DNA from: Mobula hypostoma
Taxonomy: Eukaryota
Assembly (NCBI RefSeq): GCF_963921235.1
Contig: NC_086097.1
Location: forward strand, 241,678,001 to 241,742,000
Direction of reading: 5' to 3'
Length of the DNA stretch: 64,000 nucleotides
How positions within the stretch are numbered: the first letter of the stretch is position 1; every line of letters begins with the position of its first letter. Both the position numbers and the translations under genes were made by a program. The notes beneath the pieces are model-generated. The model searched no databases, was not told the origin of the DNA, and worked only from the letters and a program-made list of their open reading frames with translations. Shown in pieces: positions 47,408-60,394 of the stretch.

Positions 47408-49570
47408 AGTGGGAGGAAAGGAAACTACAGTGGTATGAGAGAGGAGTTGGCCAAAGTATATTGGAAGGTGATGCTGGCAGGAAGCCAGCAGAGCAGCAAT
47501 GGCTTGAGTTTCTTGGAAAAAAGAGGAAGGTGCATGCTAGGTGTATTCCAAAAACAAATAAATACTCAAATAGCAAAATAGTGCAACTGTGGCTGACAAG
47601 GGAAGTCAAAACTAATGTAAAAGCAAAAGAAAGCAAAAATTAGAGGGAAGACAAAGGATTGGGAACCTTTTAAAACCCTACAGAGAGCAACTAAAAGAGT
47701 CATTAGAAGGGAAAAGATGAAATATGAAAGCAAGCTAGCAAACAATATCAAAGTGGATAATAAAAGCTTTTTCAAGTATGTAAAAAATTAAAAAAAGAGA
47801 TGAGAGTGTAGATAGGACTGCTAGAAAATGATGCCGGATAATGGGGTGGAAGAGATGGCAGATGAACTAATTGGGTATTTTGCATCACTAATGTGGAAGA
47901 CACTAGCAGTCTGCCAGATGTTGAAGGGTGTGAGGGAAGAGAAGTGAGAGCAGTTACTATTACAAGAGAGGAGGTGCTCAAAAAACTGAAAGAAATAATG
48001 GTACATAAGTCACCCAGGCCAGATGAACTGTATCTTAGGGTTCTGAAAGAGGTAGCGGTCGAGATTGTGAAGGCATTAGTAATGATCTTTCAAAAATTGT
48101 TGGACTCTGGCATGGTGCCAGGGGACTGGAAAATTGCAAATGTCATTCCACTCTTTAAGAAAGGAAGAAGGCAGCAGAAAGGAAATTATAGACCAATTAG
48201 CCTGACCTCAATGGTTGGGAAGGTGATGGAGTCAATTGTTAAGGTTGATGTTATGGAGTACTTGGTGGCACAGGACAAGAGAGGACAAAGTCAATGTGGT
48301 TTCCTTAAGAGAAAATCTGACCAACCTGTTCGAATTCTTTGAAAAGATTACAAGTAGGATAGATAAAGGGGATGCAATGGATGTTGTATATTTGGACTTT
48401 CAGAAGTCCTTTGACAAGGTGCTACACATGAGGCTGCTTACCAAGTGAAGAGCCCATGGTATTACAGGAAAGCTACTGGCATGGTTAGAGCATTGGCTGA
48501 TTGATAGGAGGCAGCGAGTTGGAATAAAAGGATCCTTTTCTGGTTGGCTGTCAGTGACTAGTGGTGTTCCACAGGGGTCGATGTTGGGACCGCTTCTTTT
48601 TATGCTGTATAAAAATGACTTAGATGATGCATGAGATGGCCTTGTTGCCAAGTTAGCAGTTGATATGAAGATTGCTGGAGGGGCAGGTAGCATTGTAGAA
48701 ACAGGTAGGCTGTAGAGGGACATAGACAGATTAGCAAAATGGGCATGAGAGTAGGAAATGAAATACAATGTTGGAAAATTCATAGTCATGCACATTGGTA
48801 GTAGAAATAAATGTGCAGACTATTTTCTAAACGGAGAGAAAATCCAAAAATCTGAGACATAATGGGACTTGGGAGTCCTTGTGCAGAACACCCTGAAGGT
48901 TAACTTGCAGGTAGAGTCGGTGGTGAGGAAGGCAAATGCAATGTTAGCATTCATTTCAAGAGGTCTAGAATACAAGAGCAGGGGTGTGATGATGAGGCTT
49001 TATAAGGCACAGGTGAGGCCTCACCTTGAATATTGTGAACAGTTTTGGGATCCTCATCTAAGAAAAGATGAGCTGGCATTGGAGAGGGTCCAGAGGAGGT
49101 TCACAAGGATGATTCCAGGAATGAAAGGGTTATCATACGAGGAATGTTTGATGGCTCTGGGTCTGTACTTGCTGGAACTTAGAAGGATGAAGGGGGATTT
49201 CATTGAAACCTTTCGAACGTTGAAAGGCCTAGACAGAGTAGATGTGGAAAGGATGCTTCCCATGATGGGAGAGTCTAGAACTCCCCAGCCTCAGGATAGA
49301 GGGACGTCCATTTACAACAGAGATGTGGAGAGATTTCTTTAGCCAAAGGGTGGTGAATTTGTGGAATTTGTTGCCACATGCAGCTGTGGAGGCCAGGTTG
49401 TTGGGCGTACTTAAGGCAGAGATTGACAGGTTCTTGATTGGACTCGGCATCAAAGGTTACGGGGAGAAGACTGGTGAGTGAGGCTGAGGAGGGAAAAAGG
49501 ATCAGCCATGATTGAATGGCAGAACAGACTCCATGGGCCAAATGGCCTAACTCTGCTCCTATGTCTTATT
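47408..49570 (+). mobile_element. Degraded CR1 ORF2 fragment with 3' UTR, inside a minus-strand CR1 tail
   Basis: ORFs 47893-48342, 48236-48448 and 48869-49342. Confidence 0.9.
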
Positions 49571-50074
49571 TATTATCCCTCTCAACCTCATTCCCCTGCC
49601 TTCTCCCTGATGCTCTTACTAATCAAGAACTTATCGACCTCCACTCTAAATATACCCAATGACTTGTCCTAGGTCATTGTGTGTGACAAACCTTTCGATC
49701 AATTCCTAATCAATGGTAAATAGTAGTTTACAACCACGTTTTCTCAGTTTTTCTACTGACCTCATATGTGGGACATTTTCAAACACTTTCCTGGAAGTCT
49801 GAATAGAAAACATCCCCCCAAAGATACTCCCTTAACTAATTTATTAGTAACTTCTTCACAATGCTCAACCAGATTAGTTAGATATAACATATCCTTTAAA
49901 AAAGGCCACATTATCTCCTCACACCTTTAGGTTCGGGGGTCCAGTTCAGGGCTAACAACCCTGACTATTAAAAATAAAACCGCTATGGAATCAGCAATGA
50001 AGAATCTTTCTACATCTCATTGGCCAAGGACAGACAGAGGTGGAGGGCTTCTTTGCTGCCCTCAACACCAGCTA

Positions 50075-50400
50075 TGTAACCTCCTTCTGGTGGCCCTCCT
50101 TCATTCCTTTTCTCCCGTGGTCCATCGTTTCCTCCTTTCAGACTCTTTCTTCAGTCCTTCCAGCTATCGCCTCCCCAGCTTCTCACTTCTTCCCCCCTCC
50201 TTCTACCCCTCACTTGGTCTCACCTGTCACCTTCTGGCTTGCACTCATTCCTCTTCCCGCACTTTCCAATTCCGGCTTCTTCCCCCTTCCTTTCCAGTTC
50301 TGATGAAGAGTCTAAGCCTGAAGTGTCGACTATTTACTCCCCCTCTACAGATGCAGTGTCACTTGCTGAGTTACTCCAGAATTCGGGGTGTGTTGCTCAT
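50075..50400 (+). mobile_element. Penelope 3' pLTR remnant with degenerate hammerhead
   Basis: Pyrimidine-rich tract then cagtt-ctgatga-...-gaag-tgtc-gact at about 50295-50331; homologous to 40709-41050. Confidence 0.7.
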
Positions 50401-50751
50401 TAAATAACAGGTTTGCCTCTGCCAGGGTGGAAAACCTTTTTGAAAGTGTGTGACCAAATTGGCAATAATCTAAAAATTCTCTCGCGAGAGAATAATAATA
50501 TTAATAATAATAACTAACAATAATTATGGACATTTTGCAAGGAAAAAAGGATGAGTCCTTGTTGCTGATTTACGTATATTCATTGTTTTACTATAAAAAG
50601 AAGAATAAAAGTGACAGTTTGAAATAAATGAAGCGCTTTAGGAAACTTGTTCCAAAATTATCAATATTCATTTTTTAAAAGACAATCGAAAAAATAAAAT
50701 AGTTTCTAAGTGTTTTGTTTTAAAATGATGTTATGTTGTTACATACGAGGT

Positions 50752-51298
50752 TGTTCGTCCATCGTTGACGTCGATGAGGACCTCGACACCATTATGATGG
50801 TGTTGAGACTAGCGCGTGATTTGGATTTAAGTGAGGGAGAGTTGCGCAGCGTCAGCCTCACTCTCTCTTCCCAATTCCCATCTGGATCCAGTGGCAAGAT
50901 GAAGTCGAGACGGCTGGAGATGGGACTTGGCGCAGTGGATGACCAGGACGTCTTCTGTGTCTTGTCCTGCTCTACACGTTCCACGACGCTTGCAGAGACC
51001 GCCTTCTTGACCGTTGGACCTTCCATTGGTCTCGTCCGCTCAATCCGCCGGAGTCTGTCTTCACATGCTGGGATAGACAACTCCCTATCTCACCGAGGGT
51101 TTGAGACCCGTCGGCTACCCTCACCTGGTTTAGCCGGCTTGTCGAAGCCGTTGCCCGGGGTGTGGCCGCTGTCGCATGCAAACAGCTACAGGGAGCCACA
51201 GGTGAGAGCTGAGTGCCAGGTGGGGTGTATGGGGTGTCAGGGAGGGGTAGCACCTCTGGTGGGGGAACATGTCGTGTCCTTTTCAAGGCGGTTAGTCC
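50752..51298 (-). mobile_element. RTE (BovB-like 5' UTR)-derived non-autonomous element
   Basis: 11-bp TSD acata(c/t)gaggt (50741-50751, 51299-51309); CpG-rich; resembles BovB/RTE 5' UTR as I recall it. Confidence 0.72.
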
Positions 51299-51336
51299 AC
51301 ATATGAGGTACAATATGAACAATATATAACATCAGA

Positions 51337-51913
51337 GCGGCTCCCTAAGGTTGTTATAGCTGGGGTAGTTAGTGTGGACAAGCTCCCACAACCTATTAAA
51401 TGCTCCAAATAGCATGTTTCTCAAATAGCCTCTGACAACCAAGTCCAGCTCCTGGCCTTTACGTGTGGCTTGGATACTAATCCAGGTAGAACCATTTTTG
51501 CCAACAGGAGAAGGGGATACTGGAGCCTTAAAACCTGTCGCTTCAGGCAGGTGGGGCTTGTCAGCTGTGGTTGGCAGCTCAGGCAGGAGAAGGAAAACTC
51601 TGATCTCAAATCTCCACTGCCTTACGGCTATACCCATTCATGGGAAAGGCTTCGGGAGTAAACATCGAGGGAAAATTCTGGAGTCCCTAAGGCAGCCCTA
51701 TGTTGAGTTCAATGCTGACTGGCAATTCCTGCAACTCTGCTGGCGCCAAACTGTATTGATCTCTGCCATTCCTTTGGGTTCGTCAGATGCGTGGAGAGGG
51801 GGAGCTTGCTACGTGGGCAACAGCTCGTTCTCCATATCGTACTGCCCTGGCTTGTGTATCTAGACTGCTAGGACACAATATCCATGGTCAACCCTGACCA
51901 ACGGAGGCCTCGG
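51337..51913 (+). mobile_element. RTE (AviRTE-like 5' UTR)-derived non-autonomous element
   Basis: 11-bp TSD ataac(a/g)tcaga (51326-51336, 51914-51924); ctcaaatagcctctgacaaccaagtccagctcctggcc motif. Confidence 0.72.
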
Positions 51914-52093
51914 ATAACGTCAGAAATGTGAATGGGAAATTATAAGCTTTGGTGTATTATGGGTGAGGTTTAATGAATTGAGAGGCAGCACTGCATGCCA
52001 TGTACCAACAAATTATATGTAGATGCCATCTTAGACACGCATGCCATAGGTTCCCCACCCCTGGTCCATGTTCTCTAAATACCAGCATGGTAG

Positions 52094-53030
52094 TGTCAGG
52101 CCTGCATGGGCAGCCACCTCCCAGTCTCCAGCCAGCTAACAGAAGTTACCTGCCACTTAATTTCAACTTATCACCTGCAACCTATTTAACCCCAGCTCTC
52201 ATCCACAGTCCTTGTTCACCCATTGAAGCAGCCAGCCTCAATCAATTGCTCCTAGCCTTCAGTTACCTTGTTGTGCTAAGTATTCATTCTTTCTTGTTTT
52301 GTTGCCCTTCATGGCTTGTTATTTTGCAGTTTATTATTAAAGTAATTGCTCACTGCTAAACCGCTGCTCTGTGTTTGGGTCAAGCCTCCTCGACGTTTCC
52401 TAACCGGATGGGTGAACCAGTGATTGACCCAGCAGAGGTTGCTTACCTAAAGGAAGTTGTCTACCTTAACGAGCACAGGATCCAGAAGCAACAGGAAACC
52501 ATTGACCATCTGCTCACCAGTCTCAACCAACTCTACGTCGCACTACAGCCACTCCACACCAGTCAACCTCCTCCCTCAGAACCCCAGATTCCAGCGCCCA
52601 AACAGTTCAATGGATCCCCAACCTGATGCTGCATCTTCCTGTCCCAGTGTGTCTTACGCTTCAAGCTGCAGCCACCTCTGTATTTTATGAACCAAGCCAT
52701 GACTGCCTTTGTCATCTCTCTCGACTGCGCGAGCTCTGAGCTGGGTCACCACTAACTGGAACAATAAAACTACCATCTACAATAAATACGAGGAATTCAT
52801 TGCTGAGATGTAATAGTTTCTCGACCATCCAGGAAGCAGAAAGGAGGCAGTATAGCAGATACGTTGCCTGCGTTGAGGCTCATGCTCTGCTAGATTACAC
52901 GTCATAGAAATCAGGACCCTCACATCACAGTATGGCTGGAACGTGGAAATGCTGCTGGCTCATCATCATCATGACCTCTCAAAGGACTTGAAAGACAAGC
53001 TGACTACCCAGAATATGCCCACCGATCTTG
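52094..53030 (+). mobile_element. Decayed sushi-type Gypsy 5' end: LTR (about 52094-52404) + gag remnant
   Basis: TGTCA start, TATTTAA at 52183, ATTAAA at about 52336; gag DPAE...EPQIPAPKQFNGSPTxCCIFLSQCVLRFKLQP. Confidence 0.78.
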
Positions 53031-53320
53031 CAAGCACCTGCTTTAGCCCCCTGACCAGGGTCACGTGAAGCCATGGGAGCAGGTGGTGGATGGTGGTATG
53101 AGCAGCTGGTGCATATCACAAGTCCTGGCTATGTGACCACTAACACCAGGCAGACAATCTCTGAAGAGTATTGATAATGGCTGGGGTCACTTGTCTTGTA
53201 AAGACACTGCCCAGAAGAACGCAATGGCAAACCACTTCTGTAGAAAAATTTGCCAAAATCAGTTATGACTATGAGACCATGATCGCCCATGTCATGCAAC
53301 ACAGCACATGATGATGATCG
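53030..53320 (+). mobile_element. RTE-derived non-autonomous retroposon, 5'-truncated
   Basis: Homologous to 33650-33941. Confidence 0.7.
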
Positions 53321-53475
53321 AGCAACACACATAAAAATTGCTGGTGAATGCAGCAGACCTGGCAGCATCTCTAGGAAGAGGTACTGTCGACGTTTTGGGC
53401 CGAGACCCTTCGTCAGGACTAACTGAAAGAAGAGATAGTAAGGGATTTGAAAGAGGGAAGGGGAGGGGGAGATGA
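53321..53475 (-). mobile_element. Penelope pLTR fragment with hammerhead motif (GAAA mutated to AAAA)
   Basis: Minus strand: agtc-CTGACGA-agggtctcggccc-AAAAC-GTC-gaca at about 53385-53420. Confidence 0.82.
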
Positions 53476-53789
53476 CTATGAGTGTAAAAATGCCACACTG
53501 CAAAATTAAAATGCCACTCAAGGGTTGTAACAGAAGAAAATGGACAGCAAGCAAAAGAAGGATATTTTAATTCCTGTGACGAAATGATAGGTCAAAGAGT
53601 CAAGTTTTAAGGTATTGTGTAAGAGTGAGAGGAGGTGATAGCTGGAAGAGAACCTGGAAGAGAGAGTTCAAATGTGTAACTGCTAATGGCTAGGTGAGGG
53701 GGAAGGGGGGTGGGGAGAGGGCACGTTCAGAGACAGAACCTTGAAGGGCTGGTACTGAATGTTGCGGTTATACAAGTCATTGATGGGAC

Positions 53790-54560
53790 CAATTTTGGTA
53801 CTATGTACAGTTTTGGCCACTCTTTTACAGAAAAGCCGTGGTTAAACTGGAAAGAGTGCAGAAAAACAGATTCATGAGGAGGTGTCCAAGATAGAGGGCC
53901 TGTGTTACAGTGAGAGTCTGGCCAGGCCAAGTCTTTATTCCTATGAACGTAGGAGAATGAGTTTAACTTTTTGTCGTCGGTCTCAGAATTTGTTCCATCT
54001 TGATGGCCACTGGTGGTATATGCTTCTTCAATGCTTCGCCAGTAATCTTAGTGCCTTGTATAGAAATATCCTTTCTCATAACCGTCTTGATCACATTAAC
54101 AGTCATAACTAACTTCATTGATGTAATTAAAGTTATGAGAAGCGTAGATAAGGTGCAGGTTAGAAGCCTTTTCACTAGGGTAGTGGAGTCCAAAACTTGG
54201 GAGTATAGTCTGAGGATGAGAGGGGAAAGATTTAAAAGTGTCCTGAGAGGCAACTTTTTATTGGTCCTTAGTGAGATAAGATGAACTCGTGACCTCACCA
54301 TCTACCTTGTTATGATCGTGTGCCTTATTGTGTACCTGCACTGTACTCTGTGCAGCTGTTACTTTTTATTCTACATTGTTATTGCTCTATCTTGTTCATC
54401 AGTGCACTGTGTAATGTTTTGAAGTGTATGAACAGGATTTCCACTGTAACTCCAGTAATAAACCAATTCCAGTTCATGCAGAAGGTGGTGAGTTTATGGA
54501 ATGCACTGTCAGAGGAAGTGTTGAGGTCAGTACCGTAGTATTATTTAAAATGCACTTGGA
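53790..54560 (+). mobile_element. Old CR1 3' fragment with several insertions
   Basis: VIKVMRSVDKV...YSLRMRGERFK...RGNF in ORF 54000-54284. Confidence 0.7.
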
Positions 54561-56841
54561 CACTTCACATCATGGATCATATAAAAAAATGAAATTGAAG
54601 CAATGGTGATAACTGTGCATGCTGAAAAGGCATTTGATTCGGTTAATTGGAATTTTCTTTACAGAGTTTTACATAGATTTGGTCTACATGACATAATTAT
54701 TAAAACTATACAGGCACTATATATGACAATCCTACTGCCAGGATTAAAATCAATGGATATTTATCAAATAGCTTTACCCTAGAAAGGGGCAGGAGACAGG
54801 GTTGTGCATGGTCACCGCTACTCTTCGCATTATATCTGGAACCATTAGCTCAATACATCAGACAAAATGAAGATATCAGGGGAATTACCATTAAAGGGAC
54901 AGAGCATAAATTGGCCTGTTACGCGGATGACATTTTGATCTATCTAGGGCAACCAACATTCTTTACCTAAATTGATGTAATCCTTTGAACAATATGGCCA
55001 ATTATCAGGATACAAGATTAACATAGATAAAACCCAACTACTTTCATATAACTGTAGACCACCAAGAGAAATTGAAAGCAGATATCCTTGTGCATGGCAA
55101 ACACAGTCTGTCAAATATTTGGGCATCATTATGCCAAAAGATTTGGCAAAATCATCAGAATGCAATTATCAGCCTATATATAAAAAAAATTAAGGAACAT
55201 ATAACAAGCTGGAACCTAATTCCTTTTCTTGGTCTCAGTTCAAGGATTGAATCTATTAAAATGAATATACTGCCCAGACTACTATATCTCTTTCAGACCC
55301 TACCAATAGAAATCAACCAAAATCAATTCAATGAATGGAACAAGATGCTATCAAGATACATATAGCAAGGTAAAAGGCCTAGGGTTCATCTCAAAACTTT
55401 GCAATTAGCCAAAGAAAAGGGGGGATGGGGCCTACCTTCTCTTAGAGATGATTATTTTGCAGCACAGTTGAGAGCTGTGATATGCTGGTGCAACCCATCA
55501 TATGATGCTCAATGGAAAAACATTGAGGAGAGGATACTTTCCATCCCCATACAGGCAATTTTGGCTGATAACAACCTACAAAGTTTCATAAATAATATTG
55601 ACAACCCATGGGTGAAATGGACTCTTAAAATATGGGAAACTATTATAAAATAATATAAACTAGGGAGAGACATTGCAATTCTTAAATGGTGTGCAAATGA
55701 CTCGGATTTTACGCTGAATAAACTGGATGCTAGATTTACGGACTGGACAGCTAAAGGAATAACAGCTATTTGCAATATAATGAAAGAAGGAACACTGTTC
55801 AGTTTTGAAATGCTCAAAGAGAAACACTTATTAGAAAAACAAAGCTTTTACAGATGTGACAGTATGTTAACAGGACGGTTAAAAATGTAACTAAGGCAAA
55901 TACATGTCTGATAGAGCTAGTTAGAAAAGCATATAATTCAGACAACGGTAGTAGAATAATTTCAAGCGTGTATAAGGGTTTGTCAAATCTTAAAACACAT
56001 TCGACCTCATACATTAAAACAAAATGGGAGAAGGAAGGAGGGATAATAATATCTGAGGAGGACTGGACAATAATATGGAGGTATCAATGGAAGTGTACCA
56101 GTTCACAGAAATGGAGGGAGTTCGGGTAGAAAAACTTGATATTTTATTACACCCTCTCAGAAACCCCGTTATGATAATAACCCCCCCCCCATCCCGTTTG
56201 CTGGAGAAATTGTGGAAATCAAAATGCAAACCATTATCATATTTTTTGGGAACGCCCAGTTATCAAAGACTATTGGAGTGGGATACACCATGCCTTACAA
56301 GACATCTTTAAATGTGAAATACCCTTAGGGAGTAAGACAATATATTTTGGGTATATACCTCAAGAATGGTTGAAAAGAGATGAATATTTAATGAATGTAC
56401 TGCTGGTGGCTGGTAAAAAGACCCTTACTAGGAAATGGTTATCACAGGACAGCCCAACTTTAAATGTATGGATGGAAATTACAATGGACATTTACAAAAC
56501 GGAGAAGATAACAGCATCTGTTAATCATAAGTTGGAACAATTTTATTTATACTGGAAAAAATGGTTTAACTACATAGCACCCTATAGGTCTGATTTTATT
56601 CTCACAAGTCAATGAATATGTTGTAAAAAAAAATCACTCTCTACTCTGTACATAGTTTTCTTCTTTCGATTGTTCTTTCTTTCCTCTCCTTCCTATAAGT
56701 GTATACTTCAGATAAATATTATGTGGAAATTTGTGACAAATATGATTATATGATTTATATGTATCTGAAGTATCTGAAATACATCTTATGGAAGTGCTTG
56801 TTTGATGATGAAATTCAATAAAAAATAAATTACAAAAAAAA
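54561..56841 (+). mobile_element. Fish-type L1 3' fragment (decayed ORF2 RT + C-terminus)
   Basis: [46 protein letters not shown] and poly(A); 15-bp TSD taaaatgcacttgga (54546-54560, 56842-56856). Confidence 0.92.
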
Positions 56842-56899
56842 TAAAATGCACTTGGATAGGCACATGGAAGGGAAGAACCAAATGCAGGAAAATATGATG

Positions 56900-57910
56900 A
56901 AGGAGGATGATAGGATAGAAGATAAGAGGCATAGCTTGAATGGACAGCCAGAGACTTTTTCCCAGGGTGAAAAATGGCGGGCATAATTCTAAGGAGATTG
57001 TAGGAAAGTACGGGGGGGGGGTGTCAGAGGTAAGCTCTTTACACAGACAGTAGTGAACGTGTGGAATGCACTGGCAGGGTTGGTGGTAGAGGCAATTACA
57101 TTAGATTTTAGATTATGAAGACACGCAGTCCTCTTTTATTGTCATTTAGTAATGCATGCATTAAGAAATGATACAATATTTCCTCCGGTGTGATATCACA
57201 AAACACAGGACAGACCAAGACTGAAAAAACTGACTAAACCACATAATTATAACATATAGTTACAACAGTGCAACAATACCATAACTTGATGAAGAAGTCC
57301 ATGAGCACAGTAAAAGTTCAAAGTCTCTCAAGTGTCCCACATCTCACGCAGACGAGAGAAGGAAGAAAAACTCTCCCTGCCATGCCCGACCACAATCCGT
57401 CTCTGAGTCATCTGAAAACTTCGAGCCTCTGAATCAGCTCTCCGACACCGAGTACTGAGCGCCATCTCGGTCCGAACGATTCGACCTCAATCTCGGTCGC
57501 CAACAGCAGGCAAAGCCGGGGATTTTGAGGCCTGCCCTCCGGAAGATTCCCGACCACACAGTAACGACAGCAGCAAACGAGCGTTTCAGAAATTTCTCCA
57601 GATGTTCCTCTGTGCTTTCACGTCCCCCTCCATCAAATCAAGAATTGTCCACGGCCGCTATTTAATGGATACAATATCATTTTTCACCGGAGGGCTGCGC
57701 ACGCGTGGCACACTGCTCTCTCTCCTCCCGCCGTCAAGGGGCGTTTAGGGGCATTAGGGGCACTTAAGAAACTCTTAGATAGGCACACGGATGATAGAAA
57801 ATGGAGGGCTATGCAGGAGGGAAGGATTAGATAGATCTCAGAGTAGGCCATAAGGCCGGCACAGCATCGTGGGCTGAAGGGCCTGTACTGTGCAACTATA
57901 TTCTATGTAT
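56900..57910 (+). mobile_element. CR1 3' fragment split by the 57105-57733 insertion
   Basis: tggacagccagagactttttcccaggg...; 3' UTR resumes at about 57755. Confidence 0.75.
57105..57733 (-). mobile_element. Non-coding non-autonomous retroposon (CpG-rich head, Rex1-like tail)
   Basis: Sense ends aatgacaataaaag...ataatctaaaatctaa; interrupts a CR1 with cattag on both sides. Confidence 0.65.
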
Positions 57911-58234
57911 GTGGACAATGTGGTTGGCATGGATTCATTGTGCCAAAGGGCCCATATCTGTGCTGAATTTCTCCAAGACTCTACTAGAGATACATACAGC
58001 AGATCCAGTAATGCCACCAATATGCTATAAACATTAAGGGAGTGAAGTCATTGCTGTTGGCAGCTTTGGGGAAAACATTGGCACAAGTACAAAAACAAGA
58101 AATGATATTTTGTCCTCACCTTGATATTTTACTAAATATTATTGAGAGAAGGAGATTCTGATGTGTCTCTTCTCAGCTATCTTATTGCTTTGCTTCCAAT
58201 TTCTTTGACCCGTTTTATAGAATGGTTCCTATAT

Positions 58235-58694
58235 CCCCTCAGCGGCCACTCATTAAGTATACCTGTACACCTCATTAATGCTAATATCTAATCAGCCAAT
58301 CGTGAGGCAGCAACTCAGTGCATAAAAGCATGCAGGCATGGTCTAGTATCTCAGAAACCACTGGTCCTGGGATTTCTACGCACTGCAGTCTCTACAGTTT
58401 AGAGAGAATAGAGCAGAAAACAAAAAACATCCAGTGAGCAGCAGTTCTGTGGGCTAAAACGCCTTGTTAATGAGAGAGGTCAGAGGAGAATGGCCAGACT
58501 GGTTCAAGCTGACAGGAAGGTGACAGTAACTCAAATAACCACACATTACAGCAGTGGTGTGCAGAAGAGCGTCTCTAAACGCACAACGTGTTGTACTTTG
58601 AGGTGGATGTGGTCTAGCAGCAGAGACCACAAACATACAGTCACCTTTCATTTTATTAAGTACAGAGGGTATCTAACAAAATGGCCTCTGACTG
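58235..58694 (+). mobile_element. Internally deleted Tc1 transposon derivative
   Basis: ORF 58490-58741 MARLVQADRKVTVTQITTHY..VQKSVS.RTT..TL (Tc1 HTH region); decayed TIRs (cagcggccact.cattaagtatac / gtatctaacaaaatggcctctgactg). Confidence 0.82.
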
Positions 58695-59362
58695 TAATTA
58701 AAGTGACAGTAGATAGCTGGCACATGAATCTTAACTACTGAATTCAGCTTTTGATGTAATATAACTTAATTTAATATCTATTATGCCTAAACAGAAAACT
58801 GGCATTTTACTTTAATGCTGATTCTTGGGCCCATGTTTTTAAGGCTCACAACTTTGAAGTAAAGATGACTCTATGGTGCTATGCTACATTAAGTAGGACC
58901 ACTATAGTCTGTTCAAAGATTTGGCACAGATACTCAACTTCAAAAGCCCTATGATTTCTGATCTAAGCAATTGAAAAAGTTTAACAGCTTGTGTGATATA
59001 AAGAATGGTAATCTGAGGATAACTCACTGTCGAGTGCTCAGTACAGGTGTTCTTTTATGAGTGTGTCAAAAAATCCATAACTCAAAGTAACTGCATACAT
59101 GAAGGAGTTATGATAATTAAAAATACAAGAGCCAGTGACTAATACCAAGTTAATTTTTAATTTCCAGTGTTGAAAGAGCAACAATATTGCATGTACACTC
59201 ATTGACTACTTTATTAAGTACCTCCTGTATGTTCAGAATCAGAATTAAGTTGAATATGTCATGAAATTTGTTGTTCTGCAGCAGCAGTAAAATGTAATCA
59301 ATAATAATGAAAATACTGTGAATTACAGTAAATATATATACAAATGTTTGTATATTAAATAC

Positions 59363-60042
59363 TGTAGAAAAACCATAGAAAACCATAGAAAAACTACAGC
59401 ATGGAAACAGGCCTTTTGGCTCTTCTTGGCTGTGCCGAACCATTTTCTGCCTAGTCCCACTGACCTGCACACGGACCATATCCCTCCATACACCTCCCAT
59501 CCATGTGTCTGTCCAATTTATTCTTAAATGTTAATAAAGAACCCGCATTTACCACCTCGTCTGGCAGCTATTCCACACTCCCACCACTCTCTGTGTGAAG
59601 AAGCCCCCCCAGTGGTCCCTTTAAACTTTTCCCCCTTCACCCCTTAACCCATGTCCTCTGGTTTTTTTTCTCCCCTTGCCTCAGTGGAAAAAGCCTGCTT
59701 GCATTCACTCTATCGATACCCATCATAATTTTATATACCTCTATCAAATCTCCCCTCATTCTTCTACGCTCCAGGGAATAAAGTCCTAACCTATTCAACC
59801 TTTCTCTGTAACTGAGTTTCTCAAGTCCCGGCAACATCCTTGTAAACCTTCTCTGCACTCTTTCAACCTTATTTATATCCTTCCTGTAATTTGGTGACCA
59901 AAACTGAACACAATACTCCAGATTCGGCCTCACCAATGCCTTATACAACCTCATCATAACATTCCAGATCTTACACTCAATACTTCGATTAATAAAGGCC
60001 AATGTACCAAAAGCTCTCTTTACAACCCTATCTACCTGTGAC
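59363..60042 (-). mobile_element. CR1 3' fragment (subfamily of 4300-5956)
   Basis: ORF 59637-60002; (TTTCTATGG)n tail. Confidence 0.92.
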
Positions 60043-60394
60043 TACTGTAGTTAAATTAAGTTAGTGGTGAAAAAACAGAAATAGAAAAGTAGCAAGGTAG
60101 TATTCATGGGTTCACTGTCCGTTTAGAAATCTGACATTAGAGGGGAAGAAGCTGTTCCAGTATCACTGAGTGAGTACCTGATGGAAGCATTGAGAACAAG
60201 GCATGAGCTGGTTGATGCACAGTACTACGCAAAGGCATTAAGCACATGTATATATAACTGGGGTGCCCAAAACATTTCACTGTACTATATGTTATGTCTT
60301 TCCAGTTTCCAAATAACACAATACTACTGAGCTAATACAAAGCTGAGTGCTCTTATTTCTATTTCCCAACCACCTTCCTATCTTAACCAATATA

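Noticed and set aside
50710..51306. 198-aa + strand ORF as a novel gene
   Set aside because: It lies almost entirely within a TSD-bounded GC-rich RTE-derived element and has no recognisable domain.
52375..53030. Domesticated gag gene (PEG10/RTL-like)
   Set aside because: Multiple stops and frameshifts with an attached LTR; the same holds for 30286-31290.
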